Shown here piece after piece: positions 23,899 through 34,205 of a stretch of DNA of 64,000 bases. How positions within the stretch are numbered: position 1 is the stretch's first letter; each line of letters starts with the position of its first letter. The stretch is from Mytilus edulis (taxonomy: Eukaryota): assembly GCF_963676685.1 (NCBI RefSeq), contig NC_092346.1, forward strand, positions 63,054,001 through 63,118,000, written 5' to 3'. Position numbers and translations under genes: made by a program. A model generated the notes under the pieces. The model saw only the letters and a list, made by a program, of their open reading frames with translations, had not been told where the DNA came from and ran no database searches.

Positions 23899-26800
23899 AT
23901 GTATGCCTGTATTCATTGCGATTTTGACAATACATTGACTGTTCTTGGAAAGCAAAGCAAAAAGTTGAAGTTATTGGGAGAATTCAAAGTTAAAGAAAAG
24001 GTTGAACTGAAATGGTCAAAATCGGAAATCTACACAGGAATAATTGTAAAAATCAACGGTAAGTTACTTGCAATTTTTAACATTGAAGGAATTTTAATAT
24101 CTATTCAGCAGTTTTGTTTTAAGAGTTAATATTATTTTTTAAATTGTTTATGTTTTTAAAGGTACGATTTATTGTTTTTTTTTACGACTTAAATGTAATT
24201 TAAACAGTCACTTAATATTGACTACTATAAAACATGTGGTTATAGTAGTCTCAGTTAATATCAAGGATTTGGTGATAGTAAAACAATTATTCGTCTCGGG
24301 TAAAAAGGAAACAACCTTTGAGACGTGTTGTACAATTATTTTAAAGTATTTAAAAAGACGTAAGTTCTAAACTTTCTGAAAAAATCGTTGAACTACCACC
24401 CCCCTTTTAATCGGAAAATGTATCCTGATCGCGATCGATGTAGCCTCCCATAAGTTTACTAGACTTTATAATTTGTAATCAGTTCTGATATTTAACTTTC
24501 CTCGAAATCTGGACCATCCCTGCCAAATAAAAATATTTTATTAAACCTATGCATGTCATCGTGAGTATTTACCCCATGCTTTATGTTCACGTAAATATTT
24601 GTCGATAGATGTCGCTGCTTCGACGTAAACAATATCGTAAATACATGGTTCCCTGTACGAGTCATCGACTATAACGCCTTATATTTAACAGATATGCTAT
24701 TATTCTATAACAGTTTAAAATTTTCATTCATAAAAATCCCAACCGACAAGACGAAAACAAATTGAGATGGCATGCATTTAATCGAGCTAAGGGTTACAGG
24801 GAATTAAAACCTGATGCTTCTTAAAAAATCCAATTAAACGGTAATCAATTATAGTCATGATTTTTCGGATATTTTCTTTTTACATGAATATTATGACTTA
24901 AAGGAACCGATCACAAGATTTATGTCAAACTACTTTTCTCGGATTTTTTTACAGGGATGAGATGATTTTTTCAACTTTCTGATTTTTTTAACTTAAGATT
25001 TGACTAAATATTCAAGATGTTGATGTTTGTACTGCCACTAGTCCAATTGATAATCTGGTCTTCAGTGACTATTATTGTACATGTATATTAAAGTTATTTT
25101 GCTTTGACGCCTTACTGATCATGAGCAGACTTAGGCTTATAGAAAAATAATTAAATAGCCTTGCAGCACGTCAATAATATTTAGACTAATGCTTGCACAT
25201 GCTTGTCTTTCTTTAGTGGCGGATCCTGATGTTTTCATAAAAGAGGAGGGGATCACTGACGGTATCGGGATCGTTCGCCCTGATTACATATTTGCCCTAG
25301 GTTCGTTCACACTGAGTTTGTTCGTCCTGATAGTCCGTTCGCCCTGGGTTCGTTCGCCCTATATTAATTTATGATATGTATATGTTACATCAATGAACGA
25401 AATATATATATATGTATATATTAAAATTTATGTATATCTATTAAAAGTTAAATACAGAATATTTGCCAAATTTATATTAATAAAATAAAATTCTTGGCTG
25501 CATTGCTACACTTTATTTTATAATTACTTTTAATAACTGTTGATTGAATTTTGATTGCTGATTAGGTGTCATTTTGAAACCTGAGTTATCACTGATTGTT
25601 AGATAAATTGTCTTTGATGGATTAATATTGAGAATACAGTAACAAATACTTTGTAGTCATTGAATTCACAAAAACTTATCCTTGTATAGTCTTTAGTTGT
25701 TTTACATTTTCTTCTTGCTCAACAGTTGGACTCATCATGGCCAAAAATGATGAGTCCCTGGACTTGCCACCAAAAATCCTTAGCGAGAACCATGTTAATG
25801 TCGTCAGAACAGTAAAGTGAATTTGCAATTTGAGTTAGAATTTACATTCGGACTTAAAATATTTCGAATGCGATTTACACTATTTGGGTAATGCAAATTG
25901 AATTCAAATTATGTGTGAACGTTGCATGAAACATGTATTCTCACACTTTGATCTTTTAATTAAAATTCTTCACGCATGTACACATCTATGCTGCTCAGTA
26001 ATGAAATCAATTGTTATTTTTTGTAGAATCTCAAGACTTTTTGGATGAATTCGCTATAAAAGCCGTAACAAAGTTTTTGAAGCGTTCAAAGAGTAAAGAC
26101 TTGCCAGAGGAAATATACACATACAATCATACGGAACCAGAATTGAATTCAAAACGATGCAGGACAAGCACCAAAAAAATAAATGAAAGTAAGGAACAAG
26201 AGAGTCAATTTAGCCCCAAAAAGCAGAAAAAACATAAAGATGATGATGAACCTAACCAAGAGCCACCCATTGCAGTTACCAAAAAATCAAAAAAAAATCT
26301 GAAGCAAAATGAAAATGTCAAAGTCACAGATAAAGTATTAAATCCTACAAAGATTAAAGCTAATAAGAAAAAGGCAGAGGAGAATGTTTCTAAATCTCAG
26401 GGCAACCAGATGTTTGGCTTATCAAATTTGGAACTCCAGTTTGGTGATGAGAGTTCCATACATGACGAGACAGTCCTGTCAACATCTGAAGAAAGAAATA
26501 ACTTGGAGATATTGCCCTCTAAACCAGCAAGTTCTGCAGACCCTAACTTGACAGCTCCATCTCCAGACAGGAGCAACATATTGCCATCCTCTCCTTCGAT
26601 ACTTGCAGAAAGGAGCCATGCACCCTCCACATCTACACCATCTGCAGACAGGAGCAATACATTGCCATTAACCGCTTCGCTAGACGATTATACAAACCAA
26701 AGTGCAGGACCTATGCCATCTGCATATGCAGGAAGCACCTTGAAAGGGCCATTGCAGTCAACATCAGCAGAAACATCTTTGACAAGTACATGGAAGTTGT

Positions 26801-29800
26801 GTAAATCACTGTATAATGTGGATAATTCAGAGCAAACATGCTCTAATACAACATTAACAGAAATGAATTTTCCAGGTAATTTATTTACATGTATTATCAC
26901 ACTTAAAGTAAAGGCTTAAAAAGAGTACATGTAGTGTACACTGTGAAGAAGTTGATCTTTGAAAAAAATGAAAAAAAAGTTGTACCTGTACGGTGACCTA
27001 TAGTTGTTGATTTTTTGTTTCATTTTGGTCTTTGGTGGATAGTTGTCTCATTGGCAATCATACCACATCATCTTTCTTATATATATGTAGTTAAAAAAAC
27101 AAGGCCAGTTAACCTATCTACCCTACTTTATATTCTATCCTGAAAGATATTTTTTTGTCATTTTTCATTAAGCATTGTAAAAGTCAGAATGCGATCAAAG
27201 CCTTGGTCAGCTTGAATTGGAGTTGGAATTTATTTACCTCAATTACTTAGGGTGACAATGTACTGGTATATACTTACTACAGTGAACTACATGTAGAATG
27301 TTAAAAACCTCAAGCACATTTGTTATGTATGAAGCAGAAATAAACTCAAATGGAATTATCTTTTTCTGACCAGTTTTGATATACATGTACATTGTACTTC
27401 AAATTCATCTGTAAATGAACATTTGTTAAGATTAACATATTTCATTGCAATACTTGATGTACACATTTTTTGTATATGGCTATTGATAAAAAATACAATT
27501 TCATACGATAACTACGTCCCCTTAACTTAACTTAGTTTGACTTTAGTATATATGTCATACATGTATCTGTTAACTTTGAAATAACTGTATAATTTCAGTG
27601 CCATCCCCAGTTGTTCTGGAATTTCTTGAGTTGATAACAAACAAAGAAGTGCAAAACTTTTGCTTAAAACTTAGTCAGCATTACAAGTTTAAGAAACAAG
27701 AGGAAGTAATTACAGAAAGCAGTACAGATAAGGAGGTATGTTTTTGTATACATGTTTCTCTAAGAAATTGAATTACATTTTTTATGAATTAACAAGTCAT
27801 ATTCAACAATTGAAATACTGAAAAGTTGATATATTATTGTATAATTGGGAATAACATCACAGATTTTAATTTGATATATATGTCCAGAAATCTATTTATA
27901 GTCATGACAGTAAAATATTGTAGGTTTGAAATCAAAATTTTCCTTTTTATAAGCACAATATAAAAAAGAAAACAATTTTTATGAAATCTATGTTACAAAA
28001 CTAAAAATAATTCCAGAGATCTTAATTGTGAAAAACATCCTGTATTCACTTCTAAATACTTTTAGTATAAATAATAATAAATCCTTAAATGTCTAAAAAC
28101 TAATTTCTGGTGACAAAACTTGAAAAAAGTTTCGTAGGAAGATATAAACTGTTTCACGAAAAAGACTTTTATTAATAACATGAATATACATTGTACTTGT
28201 TTTTGGCTCTTATTTTCAGTACACTTAAAATTCAGAATTCATTAGAAAAAGGACAGATACATGTATCATCCAAGTATGTCAGTCTATAATAATGTTATTT
28301 CTCATTGCTTTCCCTATTTTTAAACTATTAACTTATTATTATTATTATTTTTTAGTTTCCTTTAGATGTCATGGAATCTTTGGACTGTGCTCCTACATAC
28401 AGTGAGCTCATGCCTCAGAAAAATCAAAGCCTTGGATTGAGGAGATCACCTAGAAAACATGTGTCTAGCTCTGCTTCCTTCACTGGTAATAGCACTTGTC
28501 AACCCTACTACCAAACCAGTGAAGAATGTACTAGTACATGTACTCAAAAACCAACTGAGAAATTTTCTGCAACTAAAGACTTAAATCAGTACCAAGAAGC
28601 ACCCATCCAACAGATTCAGATGTCACCTTTTCCCTGTCCGTCTCCTCTGAATTCTCAACATCAATCTCCTAACATTCAGAGTTCAACATTTTCCAGCCAA
28701 CATTTTCCGTCTCCTCTGAATTCTCAACATCAACCTCCTAACATTCAGAGTTCAACATTTTCCAGCCAACATTTTCCGTCTCCTCTGAATTCTCATCATC
28801 AACCTCCTAACATTCAGAGTTTAACATTTTCCAGTCAACAGAGTCCGTCTCCTCTGAATTCTCAACATCAACCTCCTAACATTCAGAGTTCAACATTTTC
28901 CAGTCACCAGAGTCCGTCTTATCTGAATTCTCAACATCAACCTCCTAACATTCAGGGTTCAACATTTTCCAGTCACCAGAGTCCGTCTCCTCTGAATTCT
29001 CAACATCAACCTCCTAACATTCAGAGTTCAACATTTTCCAGTCACCAGAGTCCGTCTCCTCTGAATTCTCAACATCAACCTCCTAACATTCAGAGTTCAA
29101 CATTTTCCAGTCACCAGAGTCCGTCTCCTCTGAATTCTCCATCGCAACATGTTATGCAGTCACATGATAGTGATCAATCTGATGACAATAAGGTAAAAAT
29201 TATTATATTTTCAAGAGTAAAAAAATGCCTGAGTTTTCAAGTTAATTATGCTTCTAACAATTATGAAGAATTTTATGTCTTAGATTGTTAGTGTTATTTT
29301 TAGATATAAGAAGGATGCAAAATTAATAAACACTGGGTTTCTCATGGATTGTATAATGTGTTTAGGGACTATAACATCATAATTGGTTCACGAGTAAAAT
29401 GTTTCTTTTTAGTGTTAAAGGGTAAACAATCCTCATTTCATGTATTCCGCCAGATAATATACTGTAAATTCAGAAATTATTGCGTGCATTTATTATTGCG
29501 ATTTTGTCATTTTACACTTGAATGCGATTTTAATTTTTACGATTTTGAGAAAAGTCATGCTTAAGTCAGTTCAAATATTACAAAATGCGAGTTTTAATTA
29601 TTGCGTTTACAACTCAGTCGCATTATTCGCAATAATAAAAACCTCGCAATAATTTCTGAATTTACAGTACATGATTTTAAGGAAGATATCTTTTTGACAT
29701 AAATTTAAGAGCATCTCTAACACTCAAACACGTACATGTTCACAAGCTAATATACATACATCATAAAAATGCAAACAAAGCAACTTAATGAATGTACTTA

Positions 29801-30867
29801 TATTTTTCAACAGTTGGATATAAGAATATTTTGTCTGACAGAACCTTGACATTAGACACCAGCCGTTTATCTTAAAAGGAAAAAGGGGGGAGGAAGTTTA
29901 AAAGTAATTCAGCATAGACTCTAATTTTTATTAATTTTATAACCGGATGATAAATACATCTTTTTTATTTTTCCAGATGGTTAAGTTACTGCAGACATCA
30001 GATGTACAAGTGAGGCGGGGTAGTTTAAGAAAGGCCAATACCAATGCAAGTAAAGGTGCAACTCAAAAATCATCTTTTAAGCTGGCTAGTTCATTGCTGC
30101 CCCTGTTATTCTCTGTTGATGAACTTGCAAATTCATGTGGACAAGGTTTAAAGAAGAAAGCCAATGATGTCAGAACTCCTTTGGATCCTGTTAGAATTGG
30201 AGTCTTAAAAGGTAAGGTTTTGTATTTCTTTATATTTTGATTATTTAATATATATATGCACACCTAAAAAGCCCATAGTATAAATGTAATGGGTAGGATC
30301 TTAATCTGGTACAGGTTTATAATCAATGTGAACTATTTTCAGATCAATAGCTAAGCCAAAAGCCAAGATTTTCTTTAATTTAACAATTCCATATATAAAG
30401 CATTGACTGAGTGAAATTCTTGAACTTAAATGTAACATATGTTAATAGTTTAAAAAGTGAAATTGACTTGTTGTTACTGTATTTTTAGTAAAACATGGAG
30501 TCAAAATCAGCTCTAAAGATAGGGAATTCAAGTCAATAATATGTCAAAATAATAAAGAAAAATACCAAATATTTATTGATAATATTTACATTTGACCAAA
30601 TTAAATCAACCAATAAAGGGATGCTCAGGAAAAAATATCTGACCTACTTATGCAGCTCACAATTTACCTGTATAACATAGACGAATTTGGTAAATTTATT
30701 TTAATTTAATCCATTATGCATGGTAATTTTAATTTATGTCTTCTTTTTTTTCAGATTATGTTACTGCTTGGTGTGCAAAACACAACAGATGCATGCAAGA
30801 TTGCCAGATCAATGATGCCGTTACAGAGCAAGTCAGCTATGCCCGAAAAAAAATAAAAAAATTGTGA
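23899..30867 (+). CDS. Transposon accessory protein with C-terminal BEN domain, 6 exons, ~776 aa
   Basis: Exons 23899-24058, 26027-26875, 27599-27735, 28356-29192, 29977-30211 and 30755-30867 join in phase (2331 nt) with GT-AG sites and no stops. The C-terminus FKLASSLLPLLFSVDELANSCGQG...RTPLDPVRIGVLKDYVTAWC...QINDAVTEQVSYARKK matches the BEN pattern (LL..LFS.EEL.NS...G, PLDP.R, terminal helix with ARK). The middle is K-rich and S/P/Q-rich low-complexity sequence. Confidence 0.85.
28638..29138 (+). repeat. Coding tandem repeat, 69 bp x ~7.3 (23-aa unit PSPLNSQHQPPNIQSSTFSSHQS), in exon 4 of the BEN gene
   Basis: Units start at CCGTCT 28638 and the eighth begins at 29121 (7 x 69). The copies are nearly identical and in frame. 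Confidence 0.97.
29462..29667. mobile_element. MITE (Tc1/mariner-type, TA TSD) in BEN gene intron 4
   Basis: Perfect 23-bp TIR CTGTAAATTCAGAAATTATTGCG / CGCAATAATTTCTGAATTTACAG flanked by TA on both sides; internal TTATTGCG repeats. Confidence 0.9.
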
Positions 30868-31118
30868 ACTTTCTTTATATCTGAAGAACACTGGAAAAAC
30901 ATAAAAATGTGACTTATAAATGAATAGGAAGAAATTGTGAAGGACTAAGATTGTCAATATTTTACATATGTACATTGTAGTAAATTATAGTTCAAATACA
31001 GTTGGCCAGGTTTGATAACATTTTTGGTATTTAATTTGTATGAGCCCTAGATATTCTTTGCAAGAATGCATAGAAATGGTAAAAACCTCAATCTGTAGAA
31101 AGAAAAATTTCTTTCTTT

Positions 31119-31480
31119 GAAGGCAGATTTTTTCCCCCTTTTCTTAAGGCTGATTTTTTTTCATATTCTAAGGCGGAATTTATTTCTAATTCTTTAGGCG
31201 GAATTTTTGCCACTTTGAAAGGCGGATATATTTTCCGTCTATTTAGGCGGACATATTTTCCCTCTCTTTAGGCGGATATATTTTTGTGAAATATTTTTCC
31301 TTTTAATAAGGCGGAATTTTTTCCCCCCTAAGACAGGCGGATAAATTAGCATATTTCGGCTCTATTCCGCCTGGAACCCGCCTGGAATCCATGTAAGAAA
31401 GATTCTTCGTGTAAAGGGTGACTTTAAAGGGATTCCCTCTAAAAAACCCGTCTAAAACCCGTCTAAAATACGCCTGGATT
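31119..31480. repeat. Right subterminal motif array of the EnSpm element
   Basis: Many AGGCGGA(A/T/C) copies on + (31170-31342), then inverted copies (TTCCGCCT, CCCGCCT, CCCGTCT twice, TACGCCT) toward the terminus. Confidence 0.9.
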
Positions 31481-31877
31481 TTTTCGTACAGGCACCTTAT
31501 ATACCCATGCAATCCTATGATATCCTTCGGATAATAATTATTCCAGAGTAGTTGAATTTGGATTGAAATAGCTATTAGCTACTACAAGTACTCCTTAGAC
31601 AATACTCCATTTAAAGTTAAAAAGAGGCATAACACTAGATAGGTAAATGACTTACTGCCACCCATATTAAATTTTTGCCTGTGTTTTGTGGTTCTTAGCA
31701 TTGTATATGAGTTTTATTAAATTTGCATGAGGCTGACTAAAGCTTAAGTGTGGAAGCAAATCATTTGCAATTTTCCAAGTTATAAAGGGCATAACTCTAG
31801 AACTGTAAGCCATTAATGATCAAGTTCCAACTCAGTCAGTGTGTTGTAGAAATGTAAGAGTGACAATTTTCTTTTAG

Positions 31878-32652
31878 TTTTTAACCGGATTTTTGTGACA
31901 AAAATGTCGGTTATTGATTTGGGGATGTACGGCGGACGGCTGGGCTGTCGGGTGGGCGGCAATCAAATGTTGTCCGTGCATTAACTCATGAACCGTTCAA
32001 CCAAAGCTTTTAAAATTTTAATATGTTGTTACTGACAACTAAATGAAGGTCAAGTTCAATAATGGCGATTTTGACTTTTACCGTTCAGGAGTTATGGTTC
32101 TTGAAAGATTGAAAAATGGAAGTTTCTAGTCGTGTCCGTGCATTTACGCATGAACTGTTATACCAAAGCTTCCCAAATTTCAATATGTTGTTACTAATGA
32201 CAAAATGGAGGTCATGTTCAATAATGACGATTTTTGACTTTTACCGTTCAGGAGTTATGGTTCTTGAAAGATTGAAAAATGGTGTTTCCAGTCGTGTCCG
32301 TGCATTTTCTCATGAACCATTCAACCAAAGCTTTTGAAATTTTTATATGTTGTTACTGATGACAAATAGAGGTCAAGTTCAATAATGACGATTTTGACTT
32401 TTACCGTTCAGGTGTTATGGTTCTTGAAAGATTGTAAAATGGCGTTTCCATTCACGTTGTTGCATTTACTCAGAACCATTTAATCTAAGCTTTTCAAATT
32501 TTAATATGTTGATACTGATGACAAAATGGAGGTCAAATTTGATATTGACGATTTTCACTTTCACCATTCATCAGTAATGGTTCTTGTGATATTGCCAGGA
32601 CACAAATAAATATTAATAAATCCGGTTTGCTGTCGTTGTGACAGCCTCTTGT
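31878..32652 (+). mobile_element. Non-autonomous Helentron-type element with ~4 x 161-bp array
   Basis: Subterminal inverted repeat AACCGGATTT / AAATCCGGTT, a GGCG/GACG microsatellite, repeats anchored at CCGTGCA 31974, 32136 and 32298, and a 3' hairpin GCTGTC-GTTGT-GACAGC followed by CTCTTGTT in a T-run. Confidence 0.85.
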
Positions 32653-32659
32653 TTTTAAT

Positions 32660-33320
32660 GTGAATTTCTCACTTATTATGAGTAATAGGATACCGGGTAA
32701 CTTTATTTGATATATGGATTCCTTGCAACATTTACATGTCCATCAGACAGGTTTCACCTGAACTCAACCTCATTGCATGGATTAGTGATCAAGGTAAAGT
32801 TGCACGATTAGATTCTTTGTCAAATACTATTAGCAGAAGAATAACTATATGTGGTGTATGACTGTAATAGGTACATGTCAGTCTGGCAGGTTTCATTTGA
32901 CCTTGATCTCATTTTCATTATTCATTGGCTCAAGTTCAGTTTTTGTGTTTGTCTGTTTTACAAATTCTTATCGTAATAGTTCAGCTAAATTTGGTGTATG
33001 AAATGATTGTTAGGTGTCCATTTCTGTCAGGTAGGTATTATCTGACCTCAACCTCATTTTCATTGTTCATAGGTCAATGACACATTTTCGTAATTTTATC
33101 AGTCTATATTATAAGAAACAGGTCAACAATTTTGGTGTAATGAATGATTGTAAGGTGCACATGTCTGTCTTGGCTATTTCGTCTGATCATGACATCATTA
33201 GCATAGAAGATTCATAATGTTAAGTTTATGTGATACTTGTGCTACCATCATTGTACATGCAGACTTAAATTAAATGATAAGTAAACCAGGTGAGACATTT
33301 CAGCGTGTCAATCTTGTTGT
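32660..33320 (+). repeat. Older degenerate Helentron-type tandem array
   Basis: Diverged repeats containing TTTGGTGTATG...GATTGTAAGGTG..CATGTC...TGACCT..ACCTCATTTTCAT, ending GAGACATTTCAGCGTGTC..TCTTGTT. Confidence 0.55.
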
Positions 33321-34205
33321 TAGTTATCCTGCCTTTTGAAGGTTTGGTGCCATTAAAACTTTTAAACCCACTGCAATCGTTTGCACCTGTCCTAAGTCAG
33401 GAATCTGATATTCAGTAAGTTTCATTTTTTGATGTGGTTTATAAGTGGTTCTCGTTTCTTGTTTTTATATAGATTAGACCGTTGGTTTTCTTGTTTGAAT
33501 GGTTTTACACTAGTAATTTTTTTAGCCCTTTATAGCTCGCTGTTCAGTGTGAGCTATGGCTCTGTTTTGAAGACTGTACCTTAACCTATAATGGTTTACT
33601 TTTGTAGATTGTGACTCATTGGCACTCATACCACATCTTCTTACATCTACTTTGAAATACAAAGCTTTGTACAACTTGTTCATGTGGTCATCTTTCAACA
33701 ATAGTAAACTTATGTTTCATGGTCAGTGGTCTTTTATGTAAACAAGATATTGAATTACCATGTGTCTTTAATTGGATTGTAGTGAACACACAACTTTTTG
33801 AGGATGAGTGAAAATATTTGTCATTGCATTGAAAGTGGTATGATAAATAACTCTTTGCCTTGTCATTAATATCCAACATTATTATACAGTATCATATGAA
33901 TTTATTGTTGTAGTACATGAAAAATATTATGTTGGACGGATCTAACAAGAAGAATTTCTGTTAAAATGTTATGTCACATGTGTGTATCAAATGTAAATTT
34001 TCTTTTCAAAAATCTTTTAAAGAATAATCTTCACATGACAATCACTGACATTTTAAAAAACACCAATTTCTTTACAGAATTGTATCAATAATGGGAATGT
34101 TGTTGAAAACTTCAATATCACATGATGTCTAGTCACTTCCATTATTTTATACAATATCTTCTCATTCAAAATTAATAATAAATAATAACAAAAATAATAA
34201 CAATA

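Larger units (their letters stand above)
18632..31492. mobile_element. Full-length, probably autonomous CMC/EnSpm DNA transposon (~12.9 kb) with two divergent genes
   Basis: Imperfect terminal inverted repeats: left CCCGTATGAGAA, right reverse complement CCTGTACGAAAA. Dense subterminal AG(G/A)CGGA arrays at 18650-19010 and 31120-31480. Encloses the transposase and BEN genes. Flanks are TA|...|CA, so there is no perfect TSD. Confidence 0.85.

Noticed and set aside
24651-24660. CCCTGTACGA resembling the EnSpm terminus inside BEN intron 1
   Set aside because: Only a 9-bp match with no adjacent AGGCGGA array; compatible with chance.
28638-29138. Regular repeats (also 18834-19017 and 53336-53492) as a CRISPR-like array
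   Set aside because: The units are contiguous with no unique spacers, the context is eukaryotic, and there are no cas genes. The 69-bp array is in-frame coding sequence.
26011-29291. 302-aa and 306-aa ORFs as independent genes
   Set aside because: They are exons 2 and 4 of the BEN gene, bounded by in-phase splice sites.
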